A stretch of 64,000 nt of DNA, taken from positions 38,217 through 102,216 of the forward strand of contig JBCBZT010000029.1 of assembly GCA_039815185.1 (NCBI GenBank). Reading direction: 5' to 3'. Shown here piece after piece: positions 1 through 10,006 of the stretch (the stretch's first letter is position 1; each line of letters starts with the position of its first letter). Source of the stretch: Cyanobacteria bacterium P01_A01_bin.123 (GTDB lineage Bacteria; Cyanobacteriota; Cyanobacteriia; Phormidesmidales; Phormidesmidaceae). Under the pieces are notes generated by a model. It saw only the letters and a program-made list of their open reading frames with translations. It ran no database searches and was not told the origin of the DNA. Both the position numbers and the translations under genes were made by a program.

Positions 1-870
1 CAAAATCCAGCGATAGTCGGCTCCGGCCCAAAATCGAACAATGTGAGGCACAATCAACCCGATAAAGCCGATTGGCCCGGCGATCGCCACCGATCCCCCC
101 GCTAATAACACCACGCTGATTGCCCCAAACCCTTTAACCCAGGCCGTCTTTTGCCCCAACCCCTGGGCGATCGCATCACCTAAACTCAACGTGGTCAATT
201 GCTTGCCCATCAATAAGCCCAAGACTAATCCCACAGCCAGATAGGGCAGCACCTGCACCACCAGTTCCATATCGCGGCCCGCTACTGATCCAGCCAGCCA
301 AAAGCGAATTTCTTCCAGGGTACGTTGGCTAATAATGAGAATGCCTGTCGTCAACGATGACACGAGAGCCGTTAAGGCAGCCCCGGCAATGGTCAAATTT
401 AATGGCGTCAGGCCGCCGCGTCCTAGGGAGCCCAGCCCATAGACGGTAACCGCCGCGATCGCCGCCCCGATCAGAGCAAACCCAGCGTAGACACTTAGCG
501 AAGCGGCGTCGAGCCAAAAGACTGCCATTACTACCGCTAGGGCTGCTCCCGAATTGATGCCCAAAATCCCCGGATCGGCTAGCGGGTTGCGGGTGAGCCC
601 CTGCATAATGGCCCCAGCCACAGCCACCGCTGCCCCAACCAATAGAGCCGTAATCGAACGCGGGGCGCGGACGGTGCGAATAATCAAATGTTCGGTGGAA
701 TCAGTGGGGGCAGTTAATGCTTGATAAACTTCTGCGGGACTAATATCGGCAACCCCCAAGGCAATACTGGCAACAAAACAGCCTAAGAGCAGTAATACGC
801 CTAAAAAGATGCCTGCTGTGAGTAGCACATGGGTGGGCAATCGCGATCGCTGAACTGTTCTGACTGACAC
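1..870 (-). CDS. Iron-siderophore ABC transporter permease, FecCD/FhuB family (3' end outside window)
   Basis: Not in ORF track. Manual translation from GTG at 870: ...[48 protein letters not shown]...[11 protein letters not shown], the FecCD signature. Confidence 0.93.
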   Translation of the reverse strand, partial: MSVRTVQRSRLPTHVLLTAGIFLGVLLLLGCFVASIALGVADISPAEVYQALTAPTDSTEHLIIRTVRAPRSITALLVGAAVAVAGAIMQGLTRNPLADPGILGINSGAALAVVMAVFWLDAASLSVYAGFALIGAAIAAVTVYGLGSLGRGGLTPLNLTIAGAALTALVSSLTTGILIISQRTLEEIRFWLAGSVAGRDMELVVQVLPYLAVGLVLGLLMGKQLTTLSLGDAIAQGLGQKTAWVKGFGAISVVLLAGGSVAIAGPIGFIGLIVPHIVRFWAGADYRWIL

Positions 871-891
871 AAGAGGCGCACCCCTACCCGG

Positions 892-948
892 TAAGAAATA
901 TTCCCATTAATGATACGCTTTTTTTGACTGAGACTCCCATTTTCAAAT
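892..948. promoter_or_regulatory. Possible Fur-box-like AT-rich sites in the divergent FecCD/MFS promoter
   Basis: TAAGAAATATTCCCATTA and TGAGACTCCCATTTTCAA in an 80-bp divergent gap next to an iron-uptake gene; imperfect match. Confidence 0.35.
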
Positions 949-951
949 TGG

Positions 952-2145
952 ATGGGGCTGATGCCAAACCCAACTCAGCTAAATCCTCACAAGCTCAGCC
1001 ATACTGTACGCGCCCTCGGCTTAGTCAGTCTGTGCACTGACCTTGCCAGCAAAATGGTGTATCCGCTCACGCCTATTTTTTTGACCACTGTCTTAGGGGC
1101 ACCGATCTGGACAGTTGGCGTGATTGAAGGGATTGCCGAGAGCACCGCCAGCCTGCTCAAGCTTTATTCAGGCTGGTTATCTGACCGGGTGGGGCGGCGC
1201 AAACCTTTTGCAGTGGTCGGTTATGGGCTAGGGGCAGTGTCCAAATTAGGATTGGCACTGTCAGTCGGTTGGGGCACTGTTTTGGGCGCCCGCTTGCTCG
1301 ATCGCGTGGGCAAAGGGCTACGGGCTGCCCCCAGAGATGCCCTGATTGTCGAAAATTGTTCGCCCCAGCAGCGGGGTCAAGCCTTTGGGTTACACCACAG
1401 TTTAGAAACGACGGGGGAGGCGATCGGCCCGCTAATCGGCTTTTTATGGTTGCAACAGTTTACAGGGAATTATCGCGGGGTGTTCGCGATCGCGTTTCTA
1501 CCCGCCTTCATCGGCGTTGGAATTTTACTTCAGAGTGTGCAAGATCCGCAGCGATCTGCTCCCCAACGGCGATCGCGTCCCCAATTTGCCCTACAGGGAT
1601 TAAGCCCCAACTATCGAAGATACCTCGGCGTCATTGGCTTGTTTAGTTTGGGTAACGCTTCCGATGCCTTTTTGCTGTTGCGGGCTCAAGATTTAGGGTT
1701 TAGCGGGGCTGACATTTTGCTACTTTATGCAGTGTTTAACCTGATCTCAGTCGGACTGGGATTTACCCTGGGTCGGCTATCAGATCGAATCGGGCGACGA
1801 CCGCTATTAGCCATCGGCTATCTGCTGTTTGCCCTGGTGTATTTTGGCTTTGCCGTCAACCAGAGCGCTAGCGTCGTTTGGGGGTTGTTTATGCTCTATG
1901 GCTTGTATACCGCGCTAACCCGTGGCGTTCAAAAAGCTTTAGTGGCAGACCTAGTGCATCCCGATCGCCGGGGGGCAGAGATTGGCACCTTTCATATGCT
2001 GGTGGGCTTAGCAGCATTGCCTGCTAGCTTGATCGCAGGATTACTTTATACGCAGGTTTCTGCTGCTGCACCGTTTTATTTGAGTACGGTGACTGCTGCG
2101 ATCGCCGCAGGGTTATTGGCGAGTGTTCACCGTCCAGTCCGGTAA
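952..2145 (+). CDS. MFS transporter
   Basis: Multiple hydrophobic segments; MFS motif A twice (GWLSDRVGRRK, GRLSDRIGRRP). Confidence 0.92.
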   Translation: MGLMPNPTQLNPHKLSHTVRALGLVSLCTDLASKMVYPLTPIFLTTVLGAPIWTVGVIEGIAESTASLLKLYSGWLSDRVGRRKPFAVVGYGLGAVSKLGLALSVGWGTVLGARLLDRVGKGLRAAPRDALIVENCSPQQRGQAFGLHHSLETTGEAIGPLIGFLWLQQFTGNYRGVFAIAFLPAFIGVGILLQSVQDPQRSAPQRRSRPQFALQGLSPNYRRYLGVIGLFSLGNASDAFLLLRAQDLGFSGADILLLYAVFNLISVGLGFTLGRLSDRIGRRPLLAIGYLLFALVYFGFAVNQSASVVWGLFMLYGLYTALTRGVQKALVADLVHPDRRGAEIGTFHMLVGLAALPASLIAGLLYTQVSAAAPFYLSTVTAAIAAGLLASVHRPVR

Positions 2146-2367
2146 ACGCCGCGATCGCCAACGCCATCTCATAACCGGCAGTTGGGAATAACGCTGTTAT
2201 TCCGCCAATACCAAGAGCACACCTATGCAGCGCCTTTTATAGCCGACCTAGTCTAAACACCAGGACTCTAGTTGCAGAATTGCCTGCATTTCCCAAGATC
2301 CTGAAACCTACCCACTTGCACCACAGACTCAAGTCTTGCAAAAGCGGGTAGGTCTCAGCAGTTCAAA

Positions 2368-2440
2368 ATTGGGGGACGATCGCCGACTATTACAACCTCA
2401 AAGTCCCACTTTTGAAGGGGGATGTAGGGGAATCTGAATC
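2368..2440. repeat. Cyanobacterial REP-like dispersed repeat
   Basis: AAGTCCCACTTTTGAAGGGGGATGTAGGGGAATCT resembles the element at 26915-26975. Confidence 0.5.
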
Positions 2441-2478
2441 GTTTAACGACCAACATTACGTTCAAATGTCCTCTCAGA

Positions 2479-3624
2479 TTAAGCGTCAGTCTGACCAGAA
2501 TCATCACCCGCGTTAGCACCATCCCCAGTAGTCCCGGGCTCTGAACTTGACTCACTGGTGTCAGTCTCAACAGATGGGGAGCTAACCGCCGTCTGCACTT
2601 TAGAGCTGGTGGTTGGCTCAAACATCAAGCGGGGAGCAACGGCAGCCGGATCAGCTTTGAGTCCCTCGCCGCTGATGACCCGGTAGGCATGCCACAGGTG
2701 GCCTAGCAGTGCGATACTACCCAACAAAATCTGGATGTTTGCGATAAAGAGACGGTCAGCACCAAACAAGTCTACTGGATAAGCAGCTGTGTTGTGGCTG
2801 ACGTAAGCACTAGACAGAAATGCCATGAAGGCCACCCCCCCCAGGCTGTAAGACAACAACGCTTCCCCTTCAACCCTTACAATCCGCTTAAAAACTGGCA
2901 GCATGGGGGTCAAGATATGCCAAATACCCCCACCAATCAGCAGGATGGCAATCCATAAATGTCCACCCACAATGTCTTCAAGATTATTAGCGGCAGCCAG
3001 ACCGAACCCGCTAAACCCATCTGGTGTTTGACCCGCCAAATAACCAAAGATGCGCGTCGGGTCAAACGTGGGTGACTCAATCAGGCGGACAGTGTGCAGT
3101 TCACCATCGTACAGTCCTCCCCAACGGGTCGCCTTTAAATAAAGCCCAAGGGCGCCAGCGCCGAGCAACAGCAGGTGATGCCCCAAAATCAGCGTGAGCT
3201 GACGATCGTCATCCCAGGCGTAGCCAAATTTACGGGTTGTCTCCCCACTATCCTCCAGTTTGGCAGGCCCCCGCAATACATGAAACAGCCCCCCAGCCGC
3301 CAGCACAGCAGAGGAAACCAGGTGCAATACACCCACGACGAAGAAAGGATAGGTTTCGGTGACCACACCCCCCTCGCCAATTCCCCAACCCAGCAGCGCC
3401 AGGTGGGGCAGCAATGTCAGATTCTGCTCACCAAGCGGTATCCCCAGTTCCACTTGACTGACTTCGACTAGGGTGAACGAGCCAGCCCAAAGCAGAATCA
3501 GCGCCGCATGGGCAAGATGGGCACCCAACAACAAGCCGGAAAAACTGACTAGTCTGGCATTACCAATCAACCATTCATTTTTGGGATTATTGGCTACAAA
3601 TGTTTTATCGAGTGAAAGGGTCAA
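2479..3624 (-). CDS. isiA: Iron-stress-induced chlorophyll-binding protein, IsiA/CP43'/Pcb family, with low-complexity C-terminal tail
   Basis: GAHLAHAALILLWAG, LLPHLA, ILGHHL, LEDIVGGHLW, LSYSLG and GHLWHA motifs; no large CP43 loop E; GGAGG RBS before TTG start. Confidence 0.9.
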   Translation of the reverse strand: MTLSLDKTFVANNPKNEWLIGNARLVSFSGLLLGAHLAHAALILLWAGSFTLVEVSQVELGIPLGEQNLTLLPHLALLGWGIGEGGVVTETYPFFVVGVLHLVSSAVLAAGGLFHVLRGPAKLEDSGETTRKFGYAWDDDRQLTLILGHHLLLLGAGALGLYLKATRWGGLYDGELHTVRLIESPTFDPTRIFGYLAGQTPDGFSGFGLAAANNLEDIVGGHLWIAILLIGGGIWHILTPMLPVFKRIVRVEGEALLSYSLGGVAFMAFLSSAYVSHNTAAYPVDLFGADRLFIANIQILLGSIALLGHLWHAYRVISGEGLKADPAAVAPRLMFEPTTSSKVQTAVSSPSVETDTSESSSEPGTTGDGANAGDDSGQTDA

Positions 3625-3650
3625 TGCATCCTCCTCCGCATGGAAAATAC

Positions 3651-3668
3651 TTGAGAATCTTTTTCATC
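3651..3668. promoter_or_regulatory. Putative Fur box upstream of isiA
   Basis: TTGAGAATCTTTTTCATC, 27 bp upstream of the isiA start; a second site (TGATTCTCAATT) at about 3803-3814. Confidence 0.6.
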
Positions 3669-3920
3669 ACCACTAGTGCAATTGTATCAAAACCAGAAAG
3701 CTGATTTATTGGTGAAATTAAGTCTGAAAAAGCGCCTTCTAGGGAGATACTAGTCAAAAACTCTTATCAGACAATCTGACATAGCCTATTGCTTATTAGC
3801 TTTGATTCTCAATTAAAGATCATTATCTAGATGGCCGCATTTAGCAACTTATGGTCAAACAAGTTTTGTAGCGAAATTATGTAGAAACCTGAATAAATAA
3901 CAAGCGCGATTTAGGACGGT

Positions 3921-4166
3921 ATGCAAGTCACTTTCACAGCCACAGATTTCCAAGCAGCACTGATTGAGTTTCAGCAGCAAACGGGCACAGCCTGTCAGCT
4001 TTCGGGCTATGAAAGTACGCTGACACTCCCTAAAACCCTAGGAGAAGGGCAAGTCCACAATATCAACTTGCGTCAGGAGACGTTTGATCTGTTTGTTCAC
4101 CAACATCTGCTAGACGAAAATTTGGTGATTAAAAAGGATTTCAGTTGGTTTATGGCCGATCCCTGA
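3921..4166 (+). pseudogene. N-terminal fragment of an AraC/PchR-type regulator
   Basis: TLPKTLGEGQVHNINLRQ...LFVHQH resembles the N-terminus of cyanobacterial iron-island AraC proteins; no HTH domain; ORF ends in unrelated sequence. Confidence 0.6.
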
Positions 4167-4260
4167 AAGCCTTTTGCAGTAAGGGCTCCACTATTTCCGA
4201 TTAACTCTATTAAGTCTAGACTTGGGCCAACCGCCAACATTGCACAGAACCCTGACCAAG
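4128..4260. mobile_element. Possible IS-end remnant truncating the AraC gene
   Basis: AAAAAGGATTTCAG...CTGAAAGCCTTTTGCAGTAAGGG imperfect inverted motif of a kind seen near cyanobacterial IS ends, starting where AraC similarity stops; no transposase ORF. Confidence 0.35.
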
Positions 4261-4460
4261 TTGTTTCGAGAATTCGAACGTTTCAGACTGATTGGCAGTT
4301 GTGCTGGGGTCAGGGGAATGAGGCAGTTGATGCAGCGCTTCAAATAGCGCGTCGATGTTTGGCAACCGCATGGGAGGATAACCAGGAAACTAATGTCCCT
4401 AACTTTATTGAAATTCATTCTCAAAAGCGATATTGCCTTAATACAACGAGAACCCTTGTA

Positions 4461-6203
4461 TTAAGCCGCAATGCGCCATCCCTGAGACTGTTGCTGCACA
4501 GTCCACATCTGGGCATAGCGTCCCCGCTGGGCTAGCAGCTCCGGGTGGGTTCCCCGTTCAATTACCCGTCCATCTGCCAAGACCAAAATTAAATCTGACC
4601 CCACAACCGTTGATAGACGATGGGCGATAACAATGACGGTTTTATCCACCACCAATCGGTTGATGGCCTCTTGTACCGCCACTTCACTTTCGGTATCCAA
4701 GGCTGAGGTAGGTTCATCCAACAACACAATCGGGGCATTTTTGAGCATGGCCCGGGCGATTGAAATCCGCTGACGTTCACCCCCAGATAGAGCACCCCCA
4801 ATGTCGCCGATGCGGGTTTCATAGCCATCGGGAAGACGGGTGATAAATTGGTGACAGTTGGCGGCCCGCGCGACTACTTCGATATCGGCATCGGTGGCGT
4901 CTAGCTTGGCCATGCGGATGTTGTTGAGAATCGTATCGTCAAATAGATACACGTCTTGAAACACAACCGAAAGCGATCGCATCAGTTCAGCCGGATCAAC
5001 CCGTCGAATATCGACCCCACCGAGGCGAATGGCACCCGTCTGGACATCGGCAAAGCGGCTGATTAAACGGGTGATGGTGGTTTTTCCACCACCGGAGGGG
5101 CCAACCAGTGCCGTTAGCGATCGCGCCGGTAATTGAAAAGAGACGTCTTGCAGTGCCCACTCCGTTTGATCGGCGTAGCGGAAGGACACCTGATCAAACG
5201 CAATGTCAAAGCTCGTTAGTTGGCTTGCCGGAGGTTGCACTGGCAGCGCTGGAATGCTCATCAACGCTTCAATACGCTCCAGGCCAATTTCCATCAGATC
5301 AAAGACGCTGGCGAGGTGGATGAGCTGAGTCAGGGGTTCTGTAAACCGCATAGCAATCACCAGCAGGGCAAATAGCGCTGGAATGGGAAGACTGCCTTGC
5401 AAAATAAACAGGGCACCTAGCCCCATCAATGCCACCACCCCCACTTCCACCAGCGTTGCCATCGTAATCGAAGGCAGGCTGCCAAGTCGTTGGCCCTTGG
5501 CTTGGATTTGACGCTGGTACTCAAGGGTGGTTTGTAATCGTTGCGATCGCGCTCCGACTTGCTTGGTCGCCCGCAAAACGGGCAATCCCTGGGCATATTC
5601 CACCACCCGTGAGGCGGTTTCAGCATCCGCTGCTGCCACATCTCGCAACATCGCCTTAACCAACGATCGCATATAACGATAGGTCGGCACCGCAATCGGA
5701 AACGCTACGAGTAATGCCATCGCCAACCGCCAGTCAATCCACAGGGTAATCAGAAACGTGATCAACGGCACCACAAGGGTTTGAATCACCAGGGTGGCTA
5801 GGCTGCCAATCCACATCACCAACTCGCTAACATTGCCACTCATAATCACATTGAGATCCCCCGATCGCCGCCGACTCAGATCTTGCAAGGGGATGCGTCG
5901 CAGTTGCTCGGCTAACTTCAATCGAGTTTCGTGGGCCACTTTAGAGGAGATTAGCCAAGAAAAGTCTAGTTCGCGCCAGCGGAGTAGCCCTTCAATGGCA
6001 ACCAGGATGCCAAACCCGCCCAGCAACAGCCAAACCCTTTGGGCATCGATGGGTTGCGTCAGCAACGCTGAAAATAGCGGAAAAAACAGCGCAAAAATAA
6101 TGCCCTGAATCATCGATGCAATGACGGAGAGACGCAGGGCGGCTTGCAGTTGCGGCCGATATGAACCGGCAACGGTCATCATGCGGCGATAGGTATTTAA
6201 CAT
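4461..6203 (-). CDS. ABC transporter fused permease/ATPase, YbtQ/IrtB-like
   Basis: TM domain plus Walker A GPSGGGKT, LSGGERQR, LLDEPTSALD, IAHRLST. Confidence 0.92.
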   Translation of the reverse strand: MLNTYRRMMTVAGSYRPQLQAALRLSVIASMIQGIIFALFFPLFSALLTQPIDAQRVWLLLGGFGILVAIEGLLRWRELDFSWLISSKVAHETRLKLAEQLRRIPLQDLSRRRSGDLNVIMSGNVSELVMWIGSLATLVIQTLVVPLITFLITLWIDWRLAMALLVAFPIAVPTYRYMRSLVKAMLRDVAAADAETASRVVEYAQGLPVLRATKQVGARSQRLQTTLEYQRQIQAKGQRLGSLPSITMATLVEVGVVALMGLGALFILQGSLPIPALFALLVIAMRFTEPLTQLIHLASVFDLMEIGLERIEALMSIPALPVQPPASQLTSFDIAFDQVSFRYADQTEWALQDVSFQLPARSLTALVGPSGGGKTTITRLISRFADVQTGAIRLGGVDIRRVDPAELMRSLSVVFQDVYLFDDTILNNIRMAKLDATDADIEVVARAANCHQFITRLPDGYETRIGDIGGALSGGERQRISIARAMLKNAPIVLLDEPTSALDTESEVAVQEAINRLVVDKTVIVIAHRLSTVVGSDLILVLADGRVIERGTHPELLAQRGRYAQMWTVQQQSQGWRIAA

Positions 6204-6278
6204 GCCAGCTCCTAAGCCAAGACAATAGTAGAGTTAAAGAAATCGCTGCTAGGCATTAGCTGCCCAATCACTGGTCTG

Positions 6279-7139
6279 CTAGTGCGTCATAGATGGTGAA
6301 AGGGCATCGGTGATTTTTAAACGCAAAATCCGACCCGAATTTTTGAACAGTGGCACCAGGATGAAAGAGAGATATCTAGCCCAGCTTGGGAGACGCTGGG
6401 GATGTTTAGCAAATTGGGTGAGATAGTAAATTTCGTCTTTGAGGTGAATGCCAGATCCCCAGGTTTCCAATTCTTTACCGCTGTCGATGCCTGATTTGAA
6501 CTCGGCATCAGTTTGAGAAACAGTGTCGTGCCGTTTAGAACTTTTGGCTGACTTTTTGTTGAGCACGTCAAAGACAAATTCTGTGGGTGCGAGACGACGT
6601 TGAATTTGCGATATCAAGGCTCGATTGTCAGCTTCGCTTAAGTAAGGAGCCACCCCTTCCATGACAATCAAACAGGGATGATTGGGCGATCGCTGAATTT
6701 GATCAATCCAAGCAAAATCTAAAATAGATTGGCCAATAAACTGATAGCGATCCGTCTCTTCAAAAAACTTATGTCGCAGCTCAATAACTTCGAGGAAGTC
6801 AACTTCATACCAGCGAACGCTGCCATTATCCACCCGCATAAATCGGGTACACAACCCGCAACCCAGATTGATCACAATGGCATCGGGATGGGTTTCAATA
6901 AAGTTTTTAACGATGCGATCGTATTCTTTTACTCGAATGACTACGCCCAGTTTTGAAGCCCAACCCTTCGCATATTTCTCAAAGTTGTAGTCAGTGTTTT
7001 GGCTAATCTCGACGGCTTTTGGATCTTGAAATAAGCTATCGTCTCGCTGGGTTTCGACAGCTCGGGCATAGAGCGTAATCATTAAGGTTTCGGCAACCCC
7101 CGTGAGTTGATCGGTGGGTTGGCGTTGGGTACTGGTCAT
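6279..7139 (-). CDS. Class I SAM-dependent methyltransferase, LCM/TcmP-like
   Basis: ETLMITLYARA, VINLGCGLCTRF, WYEVDF, MEGV..YL motifs. Confidence 0.9.
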   Translation of the reverse strand: MTSTQRQPTDQLTGVAETLMITLYARAVETQRDDSLFQDPKAVEISQNTDYNFEKYAKGWASKLGVVIRVKEYDRIVKNFIETHPDAIVINLGCGLCTRFMRVDNGSVRWYEVDFLEVIELRHKFFEETDRYQFIGQSILDFAWIDQIQRSPNHPCLIVMEGVAPYLSEADNRALISQIQRRLAPTEFVFDVLNKKSAKSSKRHDTVSQTDAEFKSGIDSGKELETWGSGIHLKDEIYYLTQFAKHPQRLPSWARYLSFILVPLFKNSGRILRLKITDALSPSMTH

Positions 7140-7192
7140 GGTAATTAAATTAGACGTAATTTGTGACTGCTGAGTTAACTGGAATCGCCGAT

Positions 7193-7792
7193 CTAAAAAA
7201 GATAGGGCAATAATCGCTTTGTCTTCTGCATGTACGCTTGATACTGATCGCCAAACTGCTCTAGCATCATTTTTTCTTCATTGCCAACCCGGAGAAAATA
7301 CAACGTGCCGAAAGCAAGAATACCAGATGGACCAGCAATCCAATTCGCTAGCAGTAGAGCTTGCGCCATCGCCCATAACCAAATCGCAGTGTACATCGGG
7401 TGGCGAATGATTTGATAGATACCATCCGTAATCAGGCCATGACCTTCTCGAACTTGCAACGTTGGCGACCAGTTTTTACCTAAATCGTGATGGGATTTCC
7501 AAAATAACCATATCGCGATCGCAAATGTCAAAATGCCCAGAATATTAGCCCAAGTAGGCAATGTGTAATTGGCAAAATTAAGCCAGGGCGTCAAGACATA
7601 GACCATCGGCAAAATAAACATGCCCAGGAATACCAAAAACAACAGCCCCTTTTCCTGAGTCGTTTGGCGATCCTCTACGATAGTGTTTTGGCGAATTTCT
7701 CGGCTATGGGGAAAACGAATGATCGAGGAAGAGACGATGCCAATGAAGAAAATGATTTTAAGTACGGTTGTGTCCATTGCTAACCTCATCAA
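7193..7792 (-). CDS. Isoprenylcysteine carboxyl methyltransferase (ICMT/STE14) family membrane protein
   Basis: LGKNWS, LITDGIYQIIRHPMY, EEKMMLEQFGDQYQAY motifs. Confidence 0.92.
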   Translation of the reverse strand: MMRLAMDTTVLKIIFFIGIVSSSIIRFPHSREIRQNTIVEDRQTTQEKGLLFLVFLGMFILPMVYVLTPWLNFANYTLPTWANILGILTFAIAIWLFWKSHHDLGKNWSPTLQVREGHGLITDGIYQIIRHPMYTAIWLWAMAQALLLANWIAGPSGILAFGTLYFLRVGNEEKMMLEQFGDQYQAYMQKTKRLLPYLF

Positions 7793-7796
7793 TCAC

Positions 7797-9593
7797 TTAA
7801 ATTGAGTTTGCACTGGCTGCTAAGTTGCGCGAACGAACGCTGAGTTCCCAGTTTTGGGCCTGCTGATAACGACTCCAAAGTCTGGCGTATACGCCATTGG
7901 TCTGAAGCAACTGATCATGGTTGCCCAGTTCAACCAATTGCCCCTGGTCGAGGACGGCGATCTGGTCAGCATGCATGATGGTGCTGAGGCGATGGGCCAC
8001 GACGATTAGGGTTTTGCCTCGGGTGAGTGAGGCGATCGCATCTTGAATGAGTGCCTCATTTTCAGGGTCAGCAAAGGCGGTCGCTTCATCGAGCACCACA
8101 ATTGGGTTGTCTTGCAAAATAGCCCGGGCAATGGTGATGCGTTGGCGTTGCCCCCCCGACAGTCGCGTGCCCCGTTCCCCGGCGATGGTGTCGTAGCCGT
8201 TGGGTAGGGCCAAAATAAAGTCGTGGGCTTGGGCGGCACGGGCAGCGGCCTCAACTTCGGTGGCGGTGGCGGTGGGTCTACCCAGCTTAATATTGTTGCC
8301 GATGGTGTCGTAGAGCAAGAAGGTATCTTGAAACACAAACGAAACCCAAGACATTAACGTGTCAGATGTCATCTGCCGCACATCCACCCCGCCAATCTCA
8401 ATCGACCCTTGATCCACATCCCAAAATCGCGGAATCAATCGCGCCAACGTGGTTTTGCCTGCACCCGAGGGGCCGACCAACGCCGTCACGCTACCTGCTG
8501 GCATTTGCAGTGAAATATCTTGCAAAGCCAGGCGATCATCACCGTAGGCAAAGGTGACATTTTTCAAGGTAATGTCGGCTGTTTTGGGGCGCTGGGGAGA
8601 CTGCGGTTGGGACAGTATGGGTTCGGCTAAGACTGTACCAATCCGCAGGGCGCCAGCATTAGATTGATTGATGAAGTGGGCCAGGGTAAAGATGGGTTTG
8701 AAGGCACCACAGAGTCGCGGTGCCAATAACAAAAACACCAACAGTCGCGGTAGGGACAAACTGCCCTGCATCATCAACCACGCCCCAGCCGTGGAGACCA
8801 CCAGTAAGGTCGGGAGGGGTTCAAACAGCAGTGTGCCTAAGCGACCGGATAGCTGGGTTTTGCCATTCCACTCTCGTAGGGTTTGGGTAAAGCTATCGAG
8901 CGATCGCTGGAACCGAGCAAAAGAGCTGCTGCCGTCGTCAAAGGTACGTACCACCTGCATGCCCTGGACAAATTCAATGATGACACCATTGATTTTCTCA
9001 TTGGCCTGATCGTAAGCATCCCGCTGTGCGCTGTAGTCTCGCAGGGCGAGCTGAATAAAAATCATGCCGATGGGGAGCACGGCCAGGGTAATCAACCCCA
9101 ACCGCCAATCTGCCAAAAACATGGCCACCAAAGACAGCACTGGAATCGTATAGGCTTGCCCGATTAAAGGCGTACTATCGGCCACAAAAGCATGCAGCGC
9201 CTTAACATCGTCTTGCACGAGCTTTTTGATGGCCCCAGATCCAGTGGTAATCACATAACCCAGGGGAACCTGGGCCAAATGTTCGGTCAAAGCCGTGCGC
9301 AAAATCACTTCCAACTTGAAAGCCGCCAAGTGAGAAATGGTAAAGGCCAGGCTACGGGTGGTAAAGGCGATCGAGACCAAAGCTACAGCGATCGCCAGCC
9401 ATCGCCAAATAACCGCAGGCTCAGGTGACTCAGACAAAAGCTCTGCGGCGATCGGGGGAACCGCCAGCAGGGAACCAAGGCCGGTAATAGCGCTGAGAAC
9501 TGCAAGGGCGATCGCGCTGACAATTCTGCCCTTGACCGGAGCCATTATGCCCCAAATACTGGTGGGAGGCTGGGAAAAGGTGGGTTGAGTCAT
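7797..9593 (-). CDS. ABC transporter fused permease/ATPase, YbtP/IrtA-like
   Basis: SHLAAFKLE..LR, GPSGAGKT, LSGGQRQR, and LDEATAFADPENE typical of this subfamily. Confidence 0.92.
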   Translation of the reverse strand: MTQPTFSQPPTSIWGIMAPVKGRIVSAIALAVLSAITGLGSLLAVPPIAAELLSESPEPAVIWRWLAIAVALVSIAFTTRSLAFTISHLAAFKLEVILRTALTEHLAQVPLGYVITTGSGAIKKLVQDDVKALHAFVADSTPLIGQAYTIPVLSLVAMFLADWRLGLITLAVLPIGMIFIQLALRDYSAQRDAYDQANEKINGVIIEFVQGMQVVRTFDDGSSSFARFQRSLDSFTQTLREWNGKTQLSGRLGTLLFEPLPTLLVVSTAGAWLMMQGSLSLPRLLVFLLLAPRLCGAFKPIFTLAHFINQSNAGALRIGTVLAEPILSQPQSPQRPKTADITLKNVTFAYGDDRLALQDISLQMPAGSVTALVGPSGAGKTTLARLIPRFWDVDQGSIEIGGVDVRQMTSDTLMSWVSFVFQDTFLLYDTIGNNIKLGRPTATATEVEAAARAAQAHDFILALPNGYDTIAGERGTRLSGGQRQRITIARAILQDNPIVVLDEATAFADPENEALIQDAIASLTRGKTLIVVAHRLSTIMHADQIAVLDQGQLVELGNHDQLLQTNGVYARLWSRYQQAQNWELSVRSRNLAASANSI

Positions 9594-9644
9594 GAAGTCT
9601 AGTGGGGTGAAAACAACACTGTGGAGAACCCTATCGACTTGCTT

Positions 9645-9663
9645 GATGCAAATAATTCTTAAG
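9645..9663. promoter_or_regulatory. Putative Fur box upstream of the ABC-methyltransferase operon
   Basis: GATGCAAATAATTCTTAAG about 50 bp upstream of the start at 9593. Confidence 0.5.
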
Positions 9664-9756
9664 AAGATAGGATTATCCTAGCAAAAACAACTTTTGACTA
9701 TTTTTTTCGATAGATTTTCTTAACTGCCCAGTGATAGAGCCCTATTCGATATTGCA

Positions 9757-9966
9757 ATGGCAGTTTTGAATTCTTCCACAATTCACACCGCCCCGCCGCC
9801 AAACCCCTACACCCCCATCTACCTTGCCGTTTCTCACCGCCCCTCAGTAATCCAGTGGGCTGATCAATTGATTGTGCTTGAAGCGGGTCAGGTCATTTTG
9901 TCAGGCCTCCCCTATGAATTCGATGCAGGCAACCTAATCGGGGGGCGAGGTTCAATAGAGCCATGA
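9757..9966 (+). pseudogene. C-terminal remnant of an ABC ATPase (HlyB/peptidase-domain exporter-like tail)
   Basis: IYLAVSHRPSVIQWADQLIVLEAGQV is an H-loop and final strands with no Walker motifs. Confidence 0.65.
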
Positions 9967-10006
9967 TTGGGAAAAGATCTTTGAATTACCGTGCCAGTTT
10001 TGGTCA

